A stretch of 64,000 bases of DNA from Abditibacteriaceae bacterium (GTDB taxonomy: Bacteria; Armatimonadota; Abditibacteriia; Abditibacteriales; Abditibacteriaceae). The position numbers and the translations under genes were made by a program. Where the stretch lies: NCBI GenBank assembly GCA_965277285.1, contig OZ255721.1, positions 2,656,001 through 2,720,000 of the forward strand, in the 5' to 3' direction. The notes beneath the pieces were generated by a model. It ran no database searches and was not told where the DNA came from. It saw only the letters and a list, made by a program, of their open reading frames with translations. This document shows positions 40,590-50,064 of the stretch, one piece after another. Within the stretch, counting starts at the first letter, position 1. Each line of letters starts with the position of its first letter.

Positions 40590-41759
40590 ATGAAGTGTGC
40601 AGAGCGCCGTTTTGTCCTCATCGGCAACGCAAGAAGTCGCGGCGTGGAAGAATGGCAATCGGCGTTGCAACGCTTGCATCAATCGTCCGCGATTTTGGTG
40701 CAATACGCCGATTTGTTGACAGGTCGCGTTGTGCTCAGTGATGTTGTACAAAGCGGCGACATGGTTCGCCTGGAATCGCCCGGGCGCGATTGGAACGTTG
40801 AAAAGCTGTTGTTGCAAGCGGGCGCCGATTTAGCTGAAGTGGAATCGTCCGCGAAGAATATCGTATTTCTGCCCGCTCGTGCGATAGCGGAATTGGCTTT
40901 CGAGAAAGGTCGCATCTGGGCTTCGCGCCAATGGTATTTGGGTTGGCGCGAACTTTTGCAGCGCATCGAAAAGCAACTTCAACGAAGCGCGCCGCATTGT
41001 CTGCTCACGGCGCCGCGCGACATTGCGCTGATGTTCGATAAGCCTTTATGCCATTCGACTTTGCGAGCTGCCGGTGTCGCTGTGCCGCGCGCTCTGGGAA
41101 CGCCAGGCAATTACCAGGAACTGCGGCTTTTGATGAAAGAATTCGACTGTCATCGTGTTTTTATCAAGCTGGCGCATGGTTCGAGCGCGTCTGGCGTGAT
41201 TGCTTTTCGCACCGATGGCCGACGCTTTCACGCGGTGACGACGACCGAAGTTGTGCAAAACGGCGGCGAAACGCGCTTGTATAATTCGCGTAAATTGCAG
41301 GTTTTGCGCAATGAACGCGAGGTTCAAACTTTGATTGATGCGCTGTGTCGTCATCGCGTTCACGTCGAAGAATGGCTGTCCAAAGCCGGAATGGACGGCC
41401 AGGTTTTCGATCTGCGCGTGGTGGTGCTTGCAGGCCGTGCGCGTCACAAAGTTTTGCGATTGAGTCGCACGCCTATGACGAATTTGCATTTGCTGAACCA
41501 TCGTGGCGATGTCGAGAAAGTGCGAGCGCGCATGACAGCGGCGCAGTGGGACTGCGCGATCCAAAGTTGCGAAGCGGCTCACGCGTGCCTGGCGGGAAGT
41601 TTTTCGTCGGGCATTGATTTGATGTGGACGCCGGATTTTCGCCGTCACGCGATTTTGGAAATGAACGCCTTCGGCAATTTGCTGCCTCGAGTACTCGATG
41701 ATGGCTTGCAAACGCACGAAGCCGAATTGCAGGCGTTGCTGGAGGAAAGCTCGTGCTGA
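40590..41759 (+). CDS. STM4014-like ATP-grasp protein
   Basis: VRLESPG, MFDK, FIKLAHGSSASG, FDLRVVV, TNLHL, EMNAFG. Confidence 0.85.
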   Translation: MKCAERRFVLIGNARSRGVEEWQSALQRLHQSSAILVQYADLLTGRVVLSDVVQSGDMVRLESPGRDWNVEKLLLQAGADLAEVESSAKNIVFLPARAIAELAFEKGRIWASRQWYLGWRELLQRIEKQLQRSAPHCLLTAPRDIALMFDKPLCHSTLRAAGVAVPRALGTPGNYQELRLLMKEFDCHRVFIKLAHGSSASGVIAFRTDGRRFHAVTTTEVVQNGGETRLYNSRKLQVLRNEREVQTLIDALCRHRVHVEEWLSKAGMDGQVFDLRVVVLAGRARHKVLRLSRTPMTNLHLLNHRGDVEKVRARMTAAQWDCAIQSCEAAHACLAGSFSSGIDLMWTPDFRRHAILEMNAFGNLLPRVLDDGLQTHEAELQALLEESSC

Positions 41760-42580
41760 ACGCTTGTGCGCTGAACGCTCGCGCGCTGATTCCTACGCAC
41801 GACATCTTGTTCATCACGCTGGATACCTTGCGTTATGATGTGGCGCAGGAATCCTGGCGCGATGGCGAAACGCCGAACTTCGCTCGTCTTCTGCCGCGCG
41901 ATGGTTGGGAAGAGCGCCACTCGCCCGCTTCGTTCACGTATGCGGCTCATCAGGCGTTTTTCGCGGGGTTTTTGCCGACGTCCGCAAACCCTGACCATGT
42001 GCGCGACGCGCGACTTTTCGCCTGCCGCTTTGAGGGCAGCGAAACTACGGGTGAAGAAACCTGCGTTGTGGATGCGCCCGAAATTGTTTCGGGTTTGGCG
42101 GCGTTAGGTTATCACACGATTTGCATCGGCGGCGTCGGGTTTTTCAACAGGCAAACGCCGCTGGGTTGCGTGTTGCCCGCTTTGTTCCGCGAAAGTTATT
42201 GGTCGCCGCAAATGGGCGTGACAAGCGTTCATTCGACCGAACATCAGGTGCAAGCGGCGCTGGAATCTTTGGCGCGTTTGCGCGATGAGCAGCCAGTTTT
42301 TCTGTTTTTGAATGTGTCGGCGCTGCATCAGCCGAATTGTATTTTTTCGCGCGGCGCGACATTCGATTCCGTCCAAACGCAAAAAGCCGCTTTGCGCTAT
42401 GTTGATGAGCATCTGCCGCCGTTGTTTAGCGCCATGCAAAAACGGCGTCCCGTGTTGGCGATAGTTTGCTCCGATCATGGCACGGCGTATGGCGAAGACG
42501 GTTATCGCGGCCATCGCCTGGCGCATCGCGTGGTGTGGACGGTGCCTTACGCCGAACTTGTGTTGCCCCAAATCTTATGA
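41753..42580 (+). CDS. STM4013-like alkaline-phosphatase-superfamily hydrolase
   Basis: ITLDTLRYD, SFTYAAH, SDHGTAYGEDG..GHR. Confidence 0.85.
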   Translation: MLNACALNARALIPTHDILFITLDTLRYDVAQESWRDGETPNFARLLPRDGWEERHSPASFTYAAHQAFFAGFLPTSANPDHVRDARLFACRFEGSETTGEETCVVDAPEIVSGLAALGYHTICIGGVGFFNRQTPLGCVLPALFRESYWSPQMGVTSVHSTEHQVQAALESLARLRDEQPVFLFLNVSALHQPNCIFSRGATFDSVQTQKAALRYVDEHLPPLFSAMQKRRPVLAIVCSDHGTAYGEDGYRGHRLAHRVVWTVPYAELVLPQIL

Positions 42581-43917
42581 ACGCGACGCTTTCTTTGCTT
42601 TCCCTCGCGCAATGGCTGGAACAAACGCCGTATGCGTCCTACGCTTATTCGTATCCGCATAAGACAGCGTATCGTCCGCTGGAGCCGTCGGTTTCCTTGC
42701 GCGATGTGTGGGCGTGGGAGCGGCGTGACGCGTTGTTTTTGTATCTTCATGTGCCGTTTTGCGAAATGCGTTGCGGCTTTTGTAACCTGTTTACGAGTGT
42801 TCAGCATCGCTCTGAGGGCGAAATCGAGTACTCGAATGCGCTCGAACGTCAGGCGCGACGCGTGCGCGAAGCCCTTGGCGCGGCGACTTTCGCGCGCCTG
42901 GCGATTGGCGGCGGAACACCGACCTTTTTGCCGCCCGCAGGTTTGCACCGACTTTTCGACATCGCCGAAAACATCTTTGAATGCGATCCGCACGCGGTTC
43001 CGGTTTCGGTCGAAGTTTCGCCGCTGACAGCGACAAGCGAAAAGCTGGCAGTTTTGCATGAACGCGGCGCCGACCGCATCAGCATTGGCGTGCAAAGTTT
43101 TCTGGAAGAGGAAGTGCAGGCGGCGGGACGACCTCAAAAAACCAGCGATGTCGAAGCGGCGCTGCGACGCATCCGCGACATGGGTTGCCCGACGCTCAAC
43201 ATCGACTTGATGTATGGCTTGCCCGGCCAGACCATCCAAAGTTGGCTGTTTTCGCTGGAGCGCGCTCTGCATTTTGCGCCGGAAGAGATTTATCTTTATC
43301 CCTTGTATGTGCGCCCTTTGACGGGCATCAGCCGCCGCAATTTGTTGCCACAAGCCGATATTCGCCTGGAATGTTATCGCGTTGCGCGCGATTTGCTTTT
43401 ATCGCGCGGCTATCGCCAGGTTTCGATGCGAATGTTTCAGGCGGCGCGCTCGACTTCAAACGCCGGGCCGGTTTATTGTTGCCAGCAAGATGGCCTGATC
43501 GGTCTGGGTTGCGGCGCGCGTTCTTACACGCAATCGCTGCATTATTCGACGGAATATGCGGTCGGTGCGTCCGGCGTGCGCGATATTATCGCTGATTACA
43601 TCGCGCGCTCCGACACAGCGTTCGATTTCGCTGATTACGGTTTTCAGTTGGACGAAGAAGAACAGCGGCGTCGCTCGCTTTTGCAATCGTTGCTGCAAGT
43701 CGAAGGCTTGAACTTTCAGCAGTATCGTGGGCAATTTGGCAGCGATGTGTGGCAGGATGTGCCGCAGTTGAACGAATTGGTGGAGTGCGGTTTGGCCGAG
43801 CGCACAGCAGACACTTTACGCTTGAACGCGGCGGGAATCGAGTACTCGGATGTGATCGGGCCGTGGCTCGCGTCGAACGTGGTGCGCCGCAAAATGGCGG
43901 CGTTTTCTCTGCAATGA
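42577..43917 (+). CDS. STM4012-like radical SAM protein (HemN-like)
   Basis: YAYSYPHKTAY, LYLHVPFCEMRCGFCN; ATGA coupling. Confidence 0.88.
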   Translation: MNATLSLLSLAQWLEQTPYASYAYSYPHKTAYRPLEPSVSLRDVWAWERRDALFLYLHVPFCEMRCGFCNLFTSVQHRSEGEIEYSNALERQARRVREALGAATFARLAIGGGTPTFLPPAGLHRLFDIAENIFECDPHAVPVSVEVSPLTATSEKLAVLHERGADRISIGVQSFLEEEVQAAGRPQKTSDVEAALRRIRDMGCPTLNIDLMYGLPGQTIQSWLFSLERALHFAPEEIYLYPLYVRPLTGISRRNLLPQADIRLECYRVARDLLLSRGYRQVSMRMFQAARSTSNAGPVYCCQQDGLIGLGCGARSYTQSLHYSTEYAVGASGVRDIIADYIARSDTAFDFADYGFQLDEEEQRRRSLLQSLLQVEGLNFQQYRGQFGSDVWQDVPQLNELVECGLAERTADTLRLNAAGIEYSDVIGPWLASNVVRRKMAAFSLQ

Positions 43918-44765
43918 AACTTTCGGTTCTTTATCGCGGGCCTTTGTCGTCCTGCAACTACGGCTGCGATTATTGCCCTTTCGCCAAGCACGCCGAAAGC
44001 GACGCAGAACACGCAACAGACGCTTTGGCTTTGGGTCGCTTCGTCGATTGGGTCGAAAATCAGCGCGAACACCAGATCAGCGTATTTTTTACGCCGTGGG
44101 GCGAGGCTTTGATTCGCCAGCGCTATCAACGCGCTCTGGTGCGATTGACCAATTTGCCCAACGTGGAAAAAACTGCCATCCAAACCAACGGTTCATGCCG
44201 TCTCGATTGGGTCGAAGAATGCGACAAAGCGCGTCTGGGTTTGTGGGTGACGTATCATCCGTCGCAAACGTCGCGCGCTCGCTTTGTGGCGAAGTGCGAA
44301 GAAATGGCGCGGCGCGATGTGCGTTTCAGCGTCGGCGTGGTCGGTTTGCGCGAACACAAAGACGAAATCGCCGCCTTGCGCCGCGAACTTCCACGCGAAA
44401 TTTATTTGTGGGTGAACGCCTTCAAGCGCGAGAACAATTATTACAACGCTGAGGATGTTCGTTTTTTAGAAGCAATTGATCTGCTTTTCGGTTTCAATAA
44501 TCAGCGTCACGCGAGTTTGGGGCGCGATTGCCGAACCGGACAAAGCGTTGTTTCTGTTGACGGCGACGGCACGATGCGACGCTGCCACTTCGTCAAAACG
44601 CCGATAGGAAACATCTACGATGCGAATTGGGAAAGTGCGCTGCAAACGCGCTCGTGCCCAAACATTTCTTGCGGATGTCATATCGGCTATGTCCACATGA
44701 ACGATTTGCCGCTTTACGAAACCTTCGGAAATGGCATTCTCGAACGCATTCCGCATCAACTTTAG
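43914..44765 (+). CDS. STM4011-like radical SAM protein
   Basis: YRGPLSSCNYGCDYCPF, FTPWGE, C-terminal Cys cluster; ATGA coupling. Confidence 0.88.
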   Translation: MKLSVLYRGPLSSCNYGCDYCPFAKHAESDAEHATDALALGRFVDWVENQREHQISVFFTPWGEALIRQRYQRALVRLTNLPNVEKTAIQTNGSCRLDWVEECDKARLGLWVTYHPSQTSRARFVAKCEEMARRDVRFSVGVVGLREHKDEIAALRRELPREIYLWVNAFKRENNYYNAEDVRFLEAIDLLFGFNNQRHASLGRDCRTGQSVVSVDGDGTMRRCHFVKTPIGNIYDANWESALQTRSCPNISCGCHIGYVHMNDLPLYETFGNGILERIPHQL

Positions 44766-44766
44766 A

Positions 44767-44862
44767 TTGATTCCGTTAACGAACCCTGAGCGTCAGCGAC
44801 GGGTCTCCGCCAAATCTTCACAAGACCCGTCGCTGACGCTCAGGGTTCGTTAACGGAATCAA
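44767..44862. repeat. REP-like long palindrome, family A
   Basis: ~40-bp arms ttgattccgttaacgaaccctgagcgtcagcgacgggtct. Confidence 0.8.
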
Positions 44863-44868
44863 AAGACT

Positions 44869-45519
44869 TTGAGTCCATGCGCGACAATCGAGTACTCGAT
44901 TGCAGGAAAAATTACGACCATTCTCTTTTGCAACGATGTTTTGCAGCCCGCGCAAGTCGATGCGGCGTTCGCGGAAGAAGCGGCAGCCGCGCGACAAAAC
45001 GGTCTGGAAATCGCGTTGCTCGATTTTGAAAAGCTGAACAACGGGCAAGCCGAAGCCGCTTTGCGTCGCGCGCGTTCGCTCCAGGGAAATGTCGTTTATT
45101 GCGGCTGGATGTTGCGTCCCGCCGTTTATGCGCAACTTTTTCAGGCGTTGCAGGAACGCGGCGCCACTCTCATTAACACGCCGCAGCAATATCGTCATTG
45201 CCATTATTTGCCGGAAAGTTACGCAAGTATTGCGCACCAAACGCCGCAAACGGTTTGGCTGCCACTCGTGGACGGAATTGACTTCGATGAAATCGCGGCA
45301 AAATTAGAAATCTTCGGCGACAAGCCGTTGATCGTGAAAGATTACGTCAAGTCACGCAAGCACGAATGGCTCCAGTCGTGCTTCATTCCGTGCGCTGATG
45401 ACCGCGCCGAAGTCGAGCGCGTAGTGCGTAATTTCGTCGAAGGTCAGGGCGAAAGTTTGAACGAAGGTTTGGTGTTCCGCGAGTTTGTGCCTCTGCGTTC
45501 GGTCGGAAGTCACGCTTAG
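44869..45519 (+). pseudogene. ATP-grasp-like protein truncated by IS5
   Basis: YCGWML, HYLPE.Y, IVKDYVKSRKHEW, GLVFREFV; stop arises at the IS end; start unclear. Confidence 0.65.
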
Positions 45520-46375
45520 AGGGTGTATAGGAAAGGGTTAGACTTACATTTATGAAACGCCAGAGCTATCCCAGTGATTTGAGCGAGGCACAATGGCAAG
45601 TGCTGCGCCCTTTGATCGAGCCACAGCGTGCGCGCGGTACGCGCAGGCTTTACGCCCAACGCGAGATCGTCAACGCTTTGTTGTATCAGTTGACCAACGG
45701 CTGCTCGTGGCGTGCTTTGCCTCACGATTTTCCGCCTTACACTGTGGTTTGGTATCACTTCCGGCGCTGGCGTGACAACGGCACTCTCGAAGGTATCCAC
45801 AGTTCGTTGCGTTCTCAAGTGCGCCAGGCCGATGGACGGGATGAGGCGCCCAGCGCAGCGATTCTGGACAGCCAGAGCGTCAAAACCACAGAAAAAGGGG
45901 GCCAAAAGGCTTTGATGCAGCCAAGAAAATAAAAGGGCGCAAGCGTCATATTCTGGTGGATACCAACGGCTTGTTGTTGCAAGTGTGTGTTCATGCTGCC
46001 AACGTTCAAGAGCGTGACGGAGCCAAATTACTTTTGCAAGACAAAGCCCTGTGGCGCTTTCCTTCACAACGTTTGCAGTTGATTTGGGCGGATGCAGGCT
46101 ACTGGGGACACAAGTTCGCGGCTTGGGTGCGAGAAAACTGTGGCGTTGCGCTCCGAGTGATAAGCCGCAATGCCCTGGTGAACCGTCAATATGAAAACAA
46201 AGGCTACGTGCCGTTGCCGCGTCGCTGGGTTGTCGAAAGAACTTTTGCATGGTTGGGAAGATGTCGAAGGCTTTCAAAAGACTATGAGCAAAATGTCAAA
46301 TCAAGTGAAACCTGGATTTATCTCGCCATGATCCGGCTTATGCTCCGAAGGCTTGCGTGATTCCTATACACCCTC
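45519..46375 (+). mobile_element. IS5-family element
   Basis: TIR GAGGGTGTATAGGAA (45519-45533 / 46361-46375); flanks TTA and TGA. Confidence 0.92.
45552..46360 (+). CDS. IS5 transposase with -1 frameshift
   Basis: YPSDLS..QW, WRALP.DFP, DSQSVK, then AAAAAGGGGG (45892-45901) into [30 protein letters not shown]. Confidence 0.88.
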
Positions 46376-46378
46376 TGA

Positions 46379-46516
46379 GAGGATGTATAGAAAGTCAAAA
46401 AGGGGCTACCAAAAGCCGTCAAACTCGCAGTTTGTCATTCTGAGTAAAACGAAGAATCTAACATCAAGCCAGATTCTTCGCTGCGCTCAGAATGACACAG
46501 TGCGAGTTTGGCGGCT
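46379..46516. repeat. IS5-end-like motif plus GTCATTCTGAG..GAAGAATCT palindrome
   Basis: Similar unit at 57987-58115. Confidence 0.65.
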
Positions 46517-46559
46517 CTTCTTTCACTCTTTTCTTCTCTGCGACTCGGCGTCTCTGCGG

Positions 46560-47450
46560 TTAATTTTCTTCGTTCAAAAGTTCCCGCGCGTGTTCGCGCA
46601 ACGCTGCGCCGTGAACTGGATCAACGAGAGCGAATTCGAGAAACGCTTTGTAATAGCTGGCAAAGTTGCCGATGTCGTAGCGTTTTTCGCCTGGCGGCAA
46701 GACGATTCCGAGTACTCGTTCGCCGTTTTGAATCAACCAACGCATCGCGTCGGTCAGTTGGATTTCGCCGCCCGCGCCCGCTTTTGTGGCGCGCAAGGCA
46801 TCATAAATCGCGGGTGAGAAAACGTAACGCCCCATAATCGCCAAACGCGAGGGCGCTTGTTCGCGCGAGGGTTTCTCGATCAGGTCGCGCAATGAGAAGA
46901 ACGCGCCGTCGGTTTTCCCCTGTGGCGCCGCGATGCCGTAGCGCGACACTTCCTCTTCTGCCACTTCGCCAAATGCGACGACCGCAGCGCAGTTTTCGCG
47001 TTCAAATACATCGCACATCTGCGCCAAAGTTGTACTTTCGCCAAATCGTCCCAAGACCGAATCGCCCAGCGCGACAGCGAAAGGTTCGTTTCGCGTAAAC
47101 GGTTCACCATGTAAAATCGCGTCGCCCAGACCGCGTTGCTGATGTTGACGCGTCGAGGAAATTTGGACGCGCCATAACTCTTCGAGTACTCGAATCGCTT
47201 CGCCTTTGCCACTCGCGCGCATATATCTCACCAGTTCGGGCGACAAATCGAAATGGTCTTCAATCGCGCTTTTCCCTTCGCTTGTGACGAAAAGAAGCTG
47301 GTCGAAATTGTTGCGCGCCAATTCTTCGACGACCCATTGAATGACAGGGGCGCGTCCGACAGGCAGCATTTCTTTGGGAATGGCGTGCGACAAGGGCAAC
47401 ATTCGCGTGCCCAGTCCGGCGACGGGAACCACAGCGTGATGAATCGGCAT
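46560..47450 (-). CDS. galU: UTP--glucose-1-phosphate uridylyltransferase
   Basis: PVAGLGTRMLP...PKEMLP, GLGDAI, LIEKP, GEIQLTDA. Confidence 0.92.
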   Translation of the reverse strand: MPIHHAVVPVAGLGTRMLPLSHAIPKEMLPVGRAPVIQWVVEELARNNFDQLLFVTSEGKSAIEDHFDLSPELVRYMRASGKGEAIRVLEELWRVQISSTRQHQQRGLGDAILHGEPFTRNEPFAVALGDSVLGRFGESTTLAQMCDVFERENCAAVVAFGEVAEEEVSRYGIAAPQGKTDGAFFSLRDLIEKPSREQAPSRLAIMGRYVFSPAIYDALRATKAGAGGEIQLTDAMRWLIQNGERVLGIVLPPGEKRYDIGNFASYYKAFLEFALVDPVHGAALREHARELLNEEN

Positions 47451-47529
47451 GGGTTATTTGTATCACAGGCGCGGCGAGTTGCGACAGGTTTTTTCGCAGT
47501 TGTTGGGAGCACTTGTTAAAATAGGTGTA

Positions 47530-48690
47530 GTGACTTCCGATAACTTTTCTCTTCAAAACACGACGCACGACACTTCGCACTGGGACAATTTCGTGGCCGC
47601 TTCGCCCTTCGGCGACGTGATGCAATGTCTCGAATGGGGCGAAGTCAAACGCCCCGACTGGCGACCGATTCCGCTCGCAATCGAGGAAAACGGCGCCTTC
47701 AAAGCGACGGCGCTGGTTCTCAAGCGCTCTTTGCCGCGCACGGGACGCTCGATTTTATACGTTCCGCGCGGCCCGATTCTCGACTGGAATGACCGCGACG
47801 CGGCACGCGCCATCGTCAACAAATTGAAGGCTCTGGCACGCGCGCATCGCGCTATTCTGATTAAAATCGATCCCGCTGTGCCATCGAGTACTCGATTTCA
47901 AGGCGCCAGTCTCGATGTGACGTTACGTGAATTAGGTTTCGCACCTTCGCCCGACGCCGATAACGGTTTTGGCGGGACGCAACCGCGCTGCGTGATGAAA
48001 CTTGATGTTGCGGGCACAACAGACGAAGTGCAGGCGCGCTTTCATCAGAAGTGGCGTTATAACATTCGCTTGTCGGCGAAAAGAGGCGTCGTCGTCAAAA
48101 GCGATTGCACGCGCGACGACCTCAAAATCTTCCACGAACTATATCGTGTCACAGCCGAGCGCGACGGTTTCGTGGGACGGCCTTTGCGCTATTTCGAACA
48201 GATGATGGACGCGCTCGAACCCCAAGGTCTGGCGAAATTGTTCCTCACTTATCTGGGTGATAAACCGCTTTCAGGCGCGATCTGTTTTCTGCTGCCGCCG
48301 CAATGCTGGTATGTCTACGGCGCGAGTTCCAACGAAGAACGCAAAGTGATGCCGAACCACGCGATGCAATGGGCGATGATGCAATGGGCGCGCGAAAAGG
48401 GCTGCACGATTTACGATTTTCGCGGCGTCGCCGATGAAGGCAAAAGCTCAACTCCATCTCCGCCACTTCCCCTCGAAGAAGGGAAGGGAGAACAAACTTC
48501 CGATGGCGCCGAAAAGAACGAAAAAAGCGCGCATTTGCTGGGATTGAATCGTTTCAAGGAAGGTTTCGGCGCCGAGTTGGTCGATTACATTGGCGAATAC
48601 GACATGGTTCTCAGCCCGGCGTGGTATTACGTGTGGACAAACGCGCGCCCGAAAATTGTCGCCACTTTGAAGAAACGTCGCAAATTGTAG
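47530..48690 (+). CDS. FemABX-family peptidyltransferase
   Basis: Q..EWGEVK, YVPRGP, KWRYNIR, YGASS, YDFRG, GLNRFKEGF. Confidence 0.9.
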   Translation: MTSDNFSLQNTTHDTSHWDNFVAASPFGDVMQCLEWGEVKRPDWRPIPLAIEENGAFKATALVLKRSLPRTGRSILYVPRGPILDWNDRDAARAIVNKLKALARAHRAILIKIDPAVPSSTRFQGASLDVTLRELGFAPSPDADNGFGGTQPRCVMKLDVAGTTDEVQARFHQKWRYNIRLSAKRGVVVKSDCTRDDLKIFHELYRVTAERDGFVGRPLRYFEQMMDALEPQGLAKLFLTYLGDKPLSGAICFLLPPQCWYVYGASSNEERKVMPNHAMQWAMMQWAREKGCTIYDFRGVADEGKSSTPSPPLPLEEGKGEQTSDGAEKNEKSAHLLGLNRFKEGFGAELVDYIGEYDMVLSPAWYYVWTNARPKIVATLKKRRKL

Positions 48691-48767
48691 GGGCGAAGCA
48701 TGCTTCGCCCGAATGTTTGAGTACTCGATTGCGTGACAACGGGCGAGGCAGCGCTTCGCCCCTACAA
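48685..48767. repeat. GTAG-type REP pair
   Basis: gtaggggcgaagcatgcttcgccc...gggcgaggcagcgcttcgcccctac. Confidence 0.75.
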
Positions 48768-48769
48768 AT

Positions 48770-49957
48770 ATGCTTATCAATCATCAAGAAACGCTGGACG
48801 CCTTGTGCGCCAAATTGAAAACGGCGAACGCGCCGCTTTGCATCGACACCGAATTCATTTCCGAAAAACGCTATTACGCGCAACTTTGCCTGGTTCAAAT
48901 CGGTTGCGAAACGTCAGGCGGAAACATCGAAGCGCTGGTTGATCCGTTCGCCGTCGATTTGAAACCGTTGCTCGATTTGATGGCCGATGCTTCAATCGAG
49001 AAAATCGTTCATGCGGGCGGACAAGATTTGCAAATTTTCGCCTCGATTTACAACTGTCGCGCGCAAAACGTTTTCGATACGCAAATCGCGGCGGCGTTTT
49101 TGGGTTACGGTCATCAAGCCGGACTCGCCGATTTAGTGAAACGCGTTCTCGACGGGCCGCAATTGTCGAAAAAGTTTCAATTCACCGATTGGGCGGCGCG
49201 ACCTTTGTCGAAAGAACAAAGCGAATACGCGCTCGACGACATTCGTTTTTTGCCGGAATTGCATCGCAAGTTGCTCCGCGAACTGGAAAAACGTGGGCGT
49301 TTAAGCTGGGCCCAAACCGAGTTTCGCCGCGCCGAAACCAAATCGAGTACTCGATTGAGTGACGATGAACTGTTTCGCAAGCTGAACTTGTCGGGAATGT
49401 CGCGGCGCAATCTGGCGGTTTTGCGCGAACTGGCGCAATCGCGCGAAGAATTGGCGCGCTCGATCGACAAGCCGCCTTCGTTCATCGTGCCCGATTTGAG
49501 TTTGCTGCAACTGGCCAAACATCCGCCGAAAACAATGAGCGAATTGCGTTCAACTCGTGGAATGCCAGGAGTTTCGGAAAAACAAGCGCGCATTTTGATC
49601 GAAGGCATCGAACGCGCTTTGTCGTTGAGCGACAACGAGTTACCAACGAAAAACAGCGGCGAGCGTCCTGATCCGCAGTTCGAGGCGGTTGTCGGCTTGC
49701 TGGGAGTTGTCGCCAACGCGCGCGCCGCGGATAACGACATTTCGCGCACTTATCTGGCGCCGCGCGATGATGTTTCGCAGATCGCCAGTTGGTGGCTCAA
49801 GCGCGATGGCAGCGCGACGCCGGAACTTCCCTTGCTTCAGGATTGGCGCCGCGAATTGCTCGGCCAGGAACTTCTCGATTTATTGAGCGGCAAACTCGCG
49901 CTGGTTTTCGACGCGACGCCAAACGCACCCGCGATCCGAGTGACGAACGTCAAATAA
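48770..49957 (+). CDS. rnd: ribonuclease D
   Basis: IDTEF, LCLVQI, FDTQIAA, TDW.ARPL, YALDD; HRDC region. Confidence 0.92.
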   Translation: MLINHQETLDALCAKLKTANAPLCIDTEFISEKRYYAQLCLVQIGCETSGGNIEALVDPFAVDLKPLLDLMADASIEKIVHAGGQDLQIFASIYNCRAQNVFDTQIAAAFLGYGHQAGLADLVKRVLDGPQLSKKFQFTDWAARPLSKEQSEYALDDIRFLPELHRKLLRELEKRGRLSWAQTEFRRAETKSSTRLSDDELFRKLNLSGMSRRNLAVLRELAQSREELARSIDKPPSFIVPDLSLLQLAKHPPKTMSELRSTRGMPGVSEKQARILIEGIERALSLSDNELPTKNSGERPDPQFEAVVGLLGVVANARAADNDISRTYLAPRDDVSQIASWWLKRDGSATPELPLLQDWRRELLGQELLDLLSGKLALVFDATPNAPAIRVTNVK

Positions 49958-50064
49958 TGAATGATGAATCCGGAATGATGAATCAGAACGACGTATCGAG
50001 TACTCGATAGTGCTGCGCGACGCTTGAAGCGCATTCATCATTCCGGATTCATCATTTCCCTTTT

